A stretch of 63,968 bases of DNA, the filler included, from Choristocarpus tenellus KU-1152 (taxonomy: Eukaryota; Protista; Phaeophyceae), in the NCBI GenBank assembly GCA_964200185.2. It is 12 parts of 12 records of this genome, joined end to end, with 100 filler letters (N's around TTAATTAATTAA, not from the genome) between each part and the next. Parts side by side here need not be neighbours in the genome. Positions count along the whole stretch, not along the records: positions 38,823 to 41,543 come from CAXNAD020025323.1; positions 41,644 to 45,593 come from CAXNAD020016986.1; positions 45,694 to 48,330 come from CAXNAD020026066.1; positions 48,431 to 55,904 come from CAXNAD020006100.1; 8 more parts are not named here. The stretch is one strand, 5' to 3'. Below the pieces are notes generated by a model. That model worked only from the letters and a program-made list of their open reading frames with translations, was not told the DNA's origin and did no database searches. Of the stretch, positions 39,401 to 49,560 are shown one piece after another (within the stretch, counting starts at the first letter, position 1; the number at the start of each line of letters is the position of its first letter). The position numbers and the translations under genes were made by a program.

Positions 39401-39834
39401 TGTACTAAATTGAAGATGATGATAAGAGCAATCCTGAAAATAATCTTAATCCTAATCAGCTGTAAAGTCCCACTTGACAGCCTGATGTTATTTCCACTAA
39501 CATCTATCCTCCTTTTAGGTTGTTGACTGATCATGATCAACTTCAAAGTAATAATTTCACAAGTATTATCTGTTGTTCCATGGTGCTTATTGATACCAAG
39601 TACCGTATGTATGGAGAATATACTAGCTCTGGCGGTTAATCAGAGGTAGGTACCTCAGAAACATAGAGTTTGAATAAGCTGACAGTTACCACCAGTACAA
39701 TGTCACAACCCACAAATGCACAACGGAGGGCAACATGAAAATGAGGATGAGTGTTGACTCTCGGAAGAGATTTCACATTGACTTTGACTACTATGCTTTA
39801 AATTCCAAGTTGAGCAATATTCATATTTTGGTAC

Positions 39835-40682
39835 CTCAGTGCGAAGCTTCTTAAGTTCTAGCTCCAGTGCCTTCCGTTGCTTGGCCAGTTCCTCCTCTAC
39901 CTCTTTAACCTTTGTTGCATATTCTTCGGCTTCCTGTTCGAATGATGAGTTAGTCAGACATGAGGGCGAGGAGCAATTTCGGCACCCTCCAGTACCAACA
40001 TCCCATGTGCAAGATGTGAGGTCGCTCATTACTCATTCTACTACTAACTCTATAACTTGGTCAACAAAGTTACCGATAGACCTCCAGATTCCGATTCTAT
40101 TGTCAACAAGACAGATCTAAACCTTTTACCTTGAAAAACTCCATAGATCAGGTTGTAGGTTGAAGAATGCGGGCATGACTATGTGCCAGGCCTCCAGAAT
40201 TGAGTTGCATTGATGCATTTGGACGTGGATATCACACTGCAGTATGTCTGTACTTGAGGGCACATCTTCCACATCTAACATCTTAGTCTCACACCCCCCA
40301 TCCCAACATCATTACAGAAACACTGACCAAACAGAGACAAACGAATTATCACTCCAACTGGTAGGGCAGGGTTCAATATATAAGCGACACACCAGAGCAC
40401 AATGTTGTTCTAAATGTTGCAGTAATTTTGTTGCATTTACATCATACATGTTCATCATGCGAATCCACAATCCACATGGGAATTTTTCTTCCCTACAGCA
40501 TAGCACAATGCTCCTAGTTCAGAGGCAGTGGATGGGACATTCCTGCTGGTACTACTCAATGTTACCTTTTTCTGCTCCTCCGTCCTATCCTCTGGTGCAA
40601 CCTCATCAAGCCAGTCTGGCTTCAGCACAGCCCCCACAGTGAGTCCCTCTTGCTTCACTTCCAGTGTACCATTCATCATGTC
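39835..40682 (-). CDS. CFAP43: Cilia- and flagella-associated protein 43 (CFAP43/WDR96), two internal exons
   Basis: Phase-0 exons 40566-40682 (DMMNGTLEVKQEGLTVGAVLKPDWLDEVAPEDRTEEQKK) and 39835-39933 (EAEEYATKVKEVEEELAKQRKALELELKKLRTE) with AG/GT boundaries. DMMxGxLE followed by RKxLExELKKL is typical of CFAP43. Confidence 0.82.
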
Positions 40683-41709
40683 CTTCATGTGGTGGAGATG
40701 TAGAGGCAGGTGAGAATCTTCCTTCACTAAATCTCACTGAGGAATATACAATTTGTCTGCAACTTTCTGAAATGGACTGCTGATTCATCAACTATGTACA
40801 GACCGTATAACAGGGACGCAATTTTGCAAAAAAAAATCCTAAGGTGTTTGCACTGCTCTTGTACACGGGGGTTCTTGTAAAGGGAAGGGTCAATAGTAGG
40901 CATGATGGAAAGAAGAAGGCAAGACAAGAGAAAGAGCTGAGTTTGACAATCATATTGATCACTATCTTTATAATCACAGAAGCTCACCATCAGAAAATAT
41001 CTATACTTGGAATTGCGTTTTACCTGGTCGGACTCAGTCTTATGAAAATATCAACTACTATGATCATCATCATAAGATTACTACACTTGGAATTCCATTA
41101 CACCTGGTCGGACTCAGCCTTATGAAAAAGATCAACTAATTGAAAAAAACAACTGACCGTGAAGCCTTCAACATGTACTGCCCTTGGTCTGATGTCCACT
41201 CTGGAATCTCTTTTTTTGCGCTTTAGTTCCAAATCCTTCGTAGCACTGCCATACCCACTACTTTGTACAGGTTTTCAACAAATATACCCATTTGATAGCA
41301 ATGGGTTGTGAAATGCGAACCTGAACCAGGGGCTGGAGGAATTTTTTTTTGCTTCTTTTTTTCTGATGGATCTAGTTTAATCCTGTTGGAGGGCACAAGG
41401 CATCCATAAAGGGAGCCAGAGATTACAAAAAAGATTAGGCCCAAAGTATCTGGGAGGGGGGGGGGGGGGGAAAAAAAAAAGAGACAAATTGAACAAAAAA
41501 AAAAAAAAGGAAATATAAAAAAACCATATAATAAAAAAAAAAANNNNNNNNNNNNNNNNNNNNNNNNNNNNNNNNNNNNNNNNNNNNTTAATTAATTAAN
41601 NNNNNNNNNNNNNNNNNNNNNNNNNNNNNNNNNNNNNNNNNNNAAAATCGCGACATGAAAAAATTGACCCCAAATGGACAGCCGCCACCCCCTCCCAGAT
41701 ACTTTGAGC

Positions 41710-42250
41710 CTCATCCTGTACCCAAGCGGTTGTATGACCCCATAGTCACGGCCCCTAACGCAACCAATGTCGCATGGCGTGCTGTACCCAACACACCCAC
41801 CCGAGATTGAGCCTTCCTCAACAACCGGCCGTTCACGATATGTAATGTATCCCAACAATTTCTATGTGCGCATTCCTCTCGATAAAGAGTTCCAACATCT
41901 CTTGTGCTCAGCTTTGGTGAAAGCACGAATATACCCCTCGCATTAGGAATTATCTCGTTATTGCTTTCTTAATGTATAGCCCAAATTCGGGATAGGCATA
42001 GATGACGTTGCTGTCCACCACGCTACATTGATTCACACGAGATCGCCCGTACAAACAGACACGACACAGACACGCTCCTAATTACATTCCCTCCCGCACA
42101 ATACTATGCAAAGTGGTAGCGATTGATACCCCATCGCGTTATTTAGCACGTTAGGCCAAGATTGGCGACATGTGCGGTGTTGAAGAGTTTCCGACATATC
42201 CACCCCTCATTGCACTTTTCTCGGTCGTGAACACAACCACACGTATCTAC
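41710..42250 (+). pseudogene. Decayed gene of unknown family ending at the tandem array
   Basis: PRIRNYLVIAFLMYSP / CPPRYIDS / TFPPAQYYAKW*RLIPHRV / HVRPRLATCAVL. Homolog of 31690-32400 with an internal deletion. Confidence 0.6.
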
Positions 42251-42295
42251 ATATGTTTATGTGATCATTTGCATTCGGAGCTTGTACGAAGTAGA

Positions 42296-42785
42296 CTCTG
42301 TCAATAGCGGGTGTCACACCAACGTTTTCAAATTCGATGCCCTGCATTTATCACCATTAGAACCGTGTACACACCAGCTGTCAATATGTCACCAACATTT
42401 TTGAATGAGATGCCCTGTATTCTTACCATTAGAACCGTGCACACACCAGCTGTCAATAATGGTATCACCAACATAATCAAATGAGATGCCCCTGTACTTA
42501 TCACCATTAGAACCGTGAACACACCATCTGTCACTAGTGGTATCACCAACATTTTCAAATAAGATGCCCTGTATTTATCACCATTAGAACCGCGTACACA
42601 CCAGCTGACCGCTGTGGTATCACCAATATTTTCAAATTCGATGCCCTGTATTTATGACCATTAGAACCGTGTACACACCAGCTGTCAGCCGTGGTATCAT
42701 CAACATTTTCAAATTCGATGCCCTGTATTTATGACCGTTAGAACCGTGAACACACCGGCTATCACTAGTGGTATCACCAACATCA
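42296..42785. repeat. ~6 x 73-78 bp tandem array
   Basis: Unit TCAAATTCGATGCCCTGTATTTATCACCATTAGAACCGTGTACACACCAGCTGTCA..GTGGTATCACCAACATTT. Confidence 0.95.
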
Positions 42786-43458
42786 CTAGTCAGGCATCTA
42801 TAATTTGTTTGATCGAAACCGTTCATGGACCGTCTTATGCCACCCCAGTCGCTGACAATGTAAGCCCTGTGAAGGCAACACCCATGATCCGAACCCTAAA
42901 CCTAACCCTTACCAACACTAATTACCTACATCTCGAACACTCAACCCAATCCGCGAAGAGACGGATTTCACCTTACATCTAACACGTCGACGTAGTTGCA
43001 ATGCAGCAGCTATCATCAGAATTAATTCCAGCGAATTCAACCGAACCTTTTTCCGAAATTGGAACATGGATGCAGTGACGTATGTTGAGAGTAATCAAAC
43101 AACTGATCCGAAATAGAACTAAGATTCCACGATTCAATTCCACATACCACAACATCCGTCTGTCGAATGTTATGTGGTGACACCATCGATTCGCGCGTGT
43201 TAGGGCTCTGATACGATTGTAACTTTTGCGATAAGGTTCGTATTGTGTCGCAATGCGATCTCAATTTAACTCACGTGGTGGTATCAATACGCGCGCGTAG
43301 CTTGGTCAAAAAAACGGCAATAACCTCACTCTAGAATTTGATGGCTTCTGCCAACCGACAGAACATACCAAATTTGTACTTCGAAGTACGTTCCAAAATT
43401 GCCTTACTCGTTTCAAACTGGTGCATTCATGCTTTCACTTTCGCGGTTCCACATTATG

Positions 43459-43882
43459 TTTTCCTGCTTAGGGTTCTTGTTCCAAATCGGTACACACCAC
43501 CCCCAACCGTCTTGCCGTGCTTTGGAAATCGATCGCCTTTACCGTCCGTCACAACACGTCAAATTTTCATTACTGTCTGCCCTATGTCAATCACAAACCT
43601 ATGCGTGGTTGCCCTCCCGACATCTAACCTGGGGCAGCGCGTAAATCCTTTTGATCTTCATCTTTCACTTTTGTGGTTCCACAGTATTTTTTCCTGCTTA
43701 GGGTTCTTGTTCCAAAAATCGGTACAGATAACCCCCAACCGTCTTGCCATGCTTTGGAAATTGATCGCCTTTACCGTCCGACAGGACACATCAAATTTCT
43801 TCACTACTGTCTGCCCTATTTGAAAAACAAACCTGTGCATGGTTAGGCTCCCGACATCTAACCAGGGTCGGCGCGCAAATCT
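43459..43882 (-). repeat. Tandem duplication of a ~190-bp coding-like module (period ~229)
   Basis: 43459-43650 versus 43688-43882. The minus strand reads LDVG..T.HRFV..IGQTV.K...FPKHGKTVGG..YRF. Confidence 0.85.
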
Positions 43883-44029
43883 TTTTCGTCTGCGTGCAGT
43901 ATTGGTGCGTTCTCGTATACAATATTCCTTCCATATTGGTGGGGTTTACTGTTCGCTGCATGTTCACAAATAGCAGTCTCCACGGAAAGTGCTATGCCGT
44001 CCATTACCATTCCACTATCCCATGCGCTC

Positions 44030-44640
44030 CTCCATGACAATTCTCGACCACTCTAAGGGGCGTCCGGAACAAACGACCCCCGGCCGACCCCGACCAAGAA
44101 AAGAAGAAGAGGACGTGAGGAAAAGGGAAGAAGAAGGACAGACAGGGGATGGCGATCCAGACCCTGTGTCTGCTGCCCAGGCCGAGGAAGAATGGGCATC
44201 GCAACAGCGGAAAATCAAAAGGGCATTCTTGTGGAGGATGCACGCCAAGAATGTCCTCATCAAGAAGGCTCTCCTGCAGGTAGCCGTGCAGGTCATGAAC
44301 GACCTCAAGAGGAAAGACGCGCTCGGGATCGACCCCGACGCCAATGAATCATCGGCTGGGTCTTCAGAAGAGCCTGCTCCAAAGAAACAATACATCCTGA
44401 GCGAAGAGGTACTCAAGGGAGTGTCAGGTTCATCCACTAATCTGTCCACCGCATTTAAGTTCGTAACAAGTCACCTCACAATAAACGCCCTGATCGCACA
44501 CATTAATTTAACCCATGAAATCCACAGGTGAAAAGGGACCTCGTGTTGCGGGAGGATGCGGAGGAGGGTACAATCTACCTGGACATTGTCAAATACTCAG
44601 AGGGCGTTACCTTGAACACCAGTGGCGAACACGCAGGCAA
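44030..44640 (+). pseudogene. Fragment of the unknown gene family also present at 12110-12800 (-)
   Basis: AFLWRMHAKNVLIKKALLQVAVQVMNDLK..KQYILSEEV versus AFKRRMHLKEMLIKGAVKHVVLQIVEELK..KYLLPSEV. The next exon is also homologous. Confidence 0.7.
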
Positions 44641-45054
44641 GCAATTGCATCCTTGTACAACACCGCCACACGTGAACATCAAACAACATTCCCTACAACA
44701 AACACAATGCCTCAACTCTCAGAGATCTTACCGATGTTGGATAGTTTCACAATGTACACTGACGCAGGGTTCTCGAGTTTTATATGTTGTGAAGATGCTC
44801 GTTGAACAGATTTATTCGTACTTTCGCTGTGCTCTGTCGATCAGTACATCCCAGCGCAGGGTCGGAAATTATGTCGTGGTTCATGTCCTATCGTCCTATA
44901 TGCATCTTCTTAACCCAATGTTACAAGCCGTACTTGTCTTCCTGATCTATGGGCTAAAAGAATCCGCCCTAGTACGATGAACCGCACGTACTCCTTTCCT
45001 TCCATCTTTCCTCAGCCTTTGCCTCCTCCTCTATATCCTCCTTCGGTTACTTCT

Positions 45055-45314
45055 GAGTGAAAGTGTCTTAGAGGGTACGAGTTTTTCCCTGTTTGTCCAT
45101 TTGGGACTTGGCTTCTGATGGTCTCTTTTTATTTCATTTTCCTACTCCAAAATGTTTCAGGGTATGTACAATGTGCACGTCATGAAAAGGTATGTCCGGA
45201 ACAAGGATATTGACACTTCCTAACATACACGATAGCCAAAATTACATCAAAATTCCAACATTGGATTTTGGACCCCAAATGGACGCGGCTCTACCCTCTA
45301 AGATACTTTGGCTC
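45055..45314 (-). mobile_element. ~260-bp MITE (Sola2-like)
   Basis: Both TIRs present; TSD TTCT/TCCT (1 mismatch). Confidence 0.92.
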
Positions 45315-45727
45315 TCCTTTTCATCAACCTCTGCCTCCCCCTTTACCTCCTAACCCTAACCCCTCTTCCTGTTGTTTTGCCTCCTACTTCGCCTCGTCCT
45401 TTTCCTACTCCGCCACGATTACAGAGATAACACGAGTCACAAACATTGTGATCACACCAGAAAAAAACGCCACGTCCGAGCACGACCTTGACAAGTTCAA
45501 GTCCGAAACGAGCGCCGCCCATGAGAGAGCAGTTGCCCTTCTCCAGACCCGACCAGGAGGCATCGTAATGACCCAAAGTATCTGGGAGGGGGGNNNNNNN
45601 NNNNNNNNNNNNNNNNNNNNNNNNNNNNNNNNNNNNNTTAATTAATTAANNNNNNNNNNNNNNNNNNNNNNNNNNNNNNNNNNNNNNNNNNNNCCCCTCC
45701 CCATGCTGTTGTATTTTTGGATGATAG

Positions 45728-48312
45728 GTTCGTGGCACCGGAAGACCTACATATGAGGGCTCGGCAGAGTGGGAGAATGCTTGTGCTCTAGTGACGGAGC
45801 TCTTTAGGAATGGTACTGTGTCTGACTATACCCTCAAGACATTACTCTCTGTGAGTTGGGTGCAATAGATATTTGGTAGGGGAGGGGGGAGGGGTAGGGG
45901 TTGAGGACAGGATTTTGAGGAGAGAAAGAGGTGGTTTACTAAAGAAAATGGATTTTGTGTTCACAATATGAATGATATTTTGTTGTTGTAATTGTGTTTG
46001 TCGTAAACAAAAAAACATACACTTAGGATTTTTTTTTTTTTTCTATTATGGTTTTACAATTGTGTTGTGTGATTCTTTTCATTTTTTGTTCTCTGTGAGG
46101 TGTGCAAACTGGTGATTATCGCAGTCCTACTCAGTCCTACTCAGTCCTACTCAGTCCTACTCAGTCCTACTCAGTCCTACTCAGTACAACCCTCAACAAC
46201 TCCTCGGCATTGTGTGCATTCTATAGGGCTTGAGTTGTTGCTCTATTATTGACAGAAAGTTCGTAAGAATACATTCCTTGCTTATGAATTGGGCCTCCAC
46301 CTCCTAAGTTCCTCTTGAAAAATGTTACATCTGTTGCGAGGAGGACCTGAAAAAAAAGAAAATGATCAATTAGTCACTCACTGACCCCTCCCCCCCCTTT
46401 TTTTTTCTACTATGGTTGCCAGGAGGAGTTACTAGTGGGATCGGGTCTCATCTCCCCCCCACCTGCTCCTCGAGCTGGCAAGAAGATGGACACATTGTTT
46501 TCAAGTCGCCTTCGCAAGGTGAGGTTCTTTTATGTGTGGGATAATACTGTAAGAAAATAGGGAAGTGAAGAAAAAAATTAAGCAGGGGTCTGAAGTTTTG
46601 TTGAACTACTGTATATTTTGTTTGTATTGTTTGGCTGGCTTGGACATGCTCAATTTTGGTTTGTATTGTGTTGCTTTTGAAGTGTAACTGTTGCGTAACT
46701 GTTGAAAGTATCCACCATATGTATTCTATCGAATGTAGTTGCCAAGCTTTGGTTTCAACTGTAGCTGCAACACGAAACCGTTGGATGTGATTTGTCACCT
46801 GATTTTAAAATTGATTAGATCTTTTGAATGTACCTGTTGAATTGAACCTCAATTTGTACCTGAACAACTCATCTTGTAACTGTCAGATCAACACTGACTT
46901 GGTGTACAAACAACGTAAGTTCAACCTCTTGAAGGAGGAGACTGAGGGATATGCCAAGCTGTGTGTGCTGCTCAGTGGAGTGAGGGGTGGGGAGGGGGAG
47001 GCTGTACAGGCAGCGGCTAACATGCGGAGCCTGATTGGATACTTTGACATTGATCCCAACAGGTGTGTTTTGATCTATCTCTTGTAGTGTTAGTAACGCT
47101 GATTTGGAGTACCAATGTGCTGTTGATGAAACTTACTCTTATAATCCTGAGACACTATTGGTGATTGTTATTTGAAGATCTGTTGCCGTGAGCTGCACCT
47201 CTGTGTAGAGAAGAATGTTGCTCATTGAGTCAATAATATGCTTGAATAGAACATGTGGTTGTTTGACTATGTATGTGTTTGGAAGGTAGATGAATGGGGT
47301 CGAGAATGATATCAATGAATGATGTAGACTAGGATGGTAGTGAGATCTTCTGCTCTAGGTGTATGTATGTATGTATGTATGTCTGTGTGTGTGTGTGTTT
47401 GTCATACCATTTATACCAAGTAAGTAGATGGATACATACGGTTGATGACCTCACAGGTGTGTGGTGGGTGTTGCACTTGATTGGGTGACCTCCACAAAGA
47501 TGAGGAGACGGGGAGATGTTTGAGGTGGTGATTATCAAATTCCTCAGGGGGAACAGGGTGTGTGTGGCCTTTCGATAGCTGCAATCCGTTCAATACAGCT
47601 TTGTTGTGGTGGCAATCAAAATTGCAGTGATCATGGGTTAGGGTTAGAGTTACGGCAGTTGGAATGATTACAATGGAGTCAAGCCTTTATTTTTTATTTT
47701 GATAGAAATCACTTGGTCTTAGACTGCCAATGTTGGACATGGATGATGGGGTTGAATTGGCACAGGAGTCTGGAAGGCATACAAACGTGAGTGTTCTGAA
47801 TGGTCTTTATTAGTAGAGATTGTATCCCGGTGGCCCTCTCCTGGGTCATGTACCCCTGATCCTAACTTGATTTTTCACCACAACTCTCGATAGTGAAGGC
47901 TTGAAAAAAACAAATTACTGCAGAGGTAGAGGATCAGACTACATAAAAAAGTATGATGTGTTTTTAAATGTTGCTTTTTTTTTGGTGAAAAATATTCACA
48001 TTTTTTAAAAATAACTTTGCAGTATCTGCCTGAAACGTGTACAACAAGATGATTTTCATGTTTAAATGAATAATATACTAACATAATTTTCTTTTTACTT
48101 CCTTCGTTTTTTTCGTGTATGTGTACAGGGCTCTGGATCTGACCCTGGAGGCTCTGGAGAATGACTTGCCAAATGCTGCCTTGATGTCTTTGGTGGATGT
48201 ATTTAAACCAGAGAATATTCCGCATATTATTGGATTCAAGTTGGCTTTCTATCGGGATCAAGCAGTGGTTGCTAAGCTCAAGAAGGTGGCACATGCCAAC
48301 CTCACTCGCAAG
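45728..48312 (+). CDS. THOC2: THO complex subunit 2, four internal exons (partial gene)
   Basis: Exons 45728-45850, 46423-46518, 46887-47062 and 48129-48312 have compatible phases. They contain YKQRKFNLLKEETEGYAKL, SLIGYFDIDPNRALDLTLEALE and HIIGFK, all THOC2 signatures. Confidence 0.95.
46122..46185. repeat. (CAGTCCTACT)6 intronic minisatellite
   Basis: Directly visible perfect 10-mer repeat. Confidence 0.95.
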
Positions 48313-48430
48313 GTTAGCCTCTTCCCCCCCNNNNNNNNNNNNNNNNNNNNNNNNNNNNNNNNNNNNNNNNNNNNTTAATTAATTAANNNNNNNNNNNNNN
48401 NNNNNNNNNNNNNNNNNNNNNNNNNNNNNN

Positions 48431-48970
48431 AGAACAGTTCCCTACAGGGACAAAGGTCTTCTGCTAGACGTCACCTTTTCAAGGGTACAGGCAACCTCCC
48501 CCCTCACCCACTCATCCACCCGCAATGGTGTAGCTGCTGCTCCAGCCGAGGCGTGAAAGTGCACCCACTACAAGGGCTCCTTTGATCCTCGTAGTTATAA
48601 CCTCAACACCTTCGCAGTGGAAAATTTTGGGCGCCTCGGCAAGCAAGCGGAATGCTCCCTGGATGAGCTGGCTACTCATATGGTGAGAGGGAGAGGAACT
48701 GGAGGATTTAGCAGGAAAGAAGTAGTCAAATCCTGGCTACGCCAAATTGTCTCAGTGACTACGCAGGTGGCACTGTCTAGACGTGTCATGCGTTTTAAGC
48801 TAGAGTCACCAGGAAGATGGGCACGGAGGGGTTTATTGGATTCTTGGGATGCCTCCCTAGCTCCTCCCCCCAGGTTGCAGGATTAGGTAGATTAGAGGCA
48901 CAGGAAGGCAGTAGTACAATATTGATAGTAGTGAAATAACAAATAGATTAGTGTTTTTCACATACATGAT
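48431..48970 (+). mobile_element. RLE-type non-LTR retrotransposon, C-terminal restriction-like endonuclease fragment
   Basis: LLLDVT...AAAPAEA*KCTHY...FAVENFGRLGKQA..LDELA fits the DVT / E..K..KY / xxExxGxLG pattern of RLE domains. Confidence 0.8.
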
Positions 48971-48988
48971 ATTTTATTTCTTTAGGGC

Positions 48989-49560
48989 TTATACTGAAAT
49001 ATTAGCCCACTGTCTGCCCCAGTCTGCCATCGCATTCGCATGACTGAATGTGTTGGTAAAAACCATACTTAATTGATTCCATGTTTTAGGGGCCACAATG
49101 GGAACAGGATCGGCGGAATGATTCTGCATTTGAATGGCACGTAATTGGGCAGGGGAACGCCATTCAACTTTGCCTTCCATACTCTGAAAATATAGTATAC
49201 TGACATTTGAATCTAAAATCAGAGGCAAATAGGTCATGCAAGCCCTATCAATGGCTGACTGGTCACGTTGCGAATCATAAAGTTAAAGTGTGACATGCAT
49301 ACGGAAACTTGTCAAAAGAGTTGGCACATCAGTTGTAGTCGAGGGAAGACGCATATCTTGACGAGAATTTGCTAATGATATTTTCGGCAAAGCAGTAATG
49401 GGGGCAATTGGAGGGGATTGCCTTACATCAGTCATGTCCCTCGTCTCTGTCAAGTTCCGGGTGAGGACTATGTTTGGAGGATATTTCTCCTCCACTGCAG
49501 CCTTTAACTCATCATTGATCGAATTAATGCGCAGGTCTCCAGTTGATGACGTCACCCATG
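48989..49560 (-). mobile_element. Probable LTR-retrotransposon gag remnant
   Basis: PKTWNQLSMVFTNTFSHANAMADWGRQWANIS resembles the Retrotrans_gag TW..L...F...F motif. One in-frame stop; truncated at the LINE tail. Confidence 0.45.

Noticed and set aside
42296-42785. CRISPR-like appearance of the 73-78 bp, 75 bp, 90 bp and ~35 bp arrays
   Set aside because: Units are homologous along their whole length with no unique spacers, there are no cas genes, and the context is eukaryotic.
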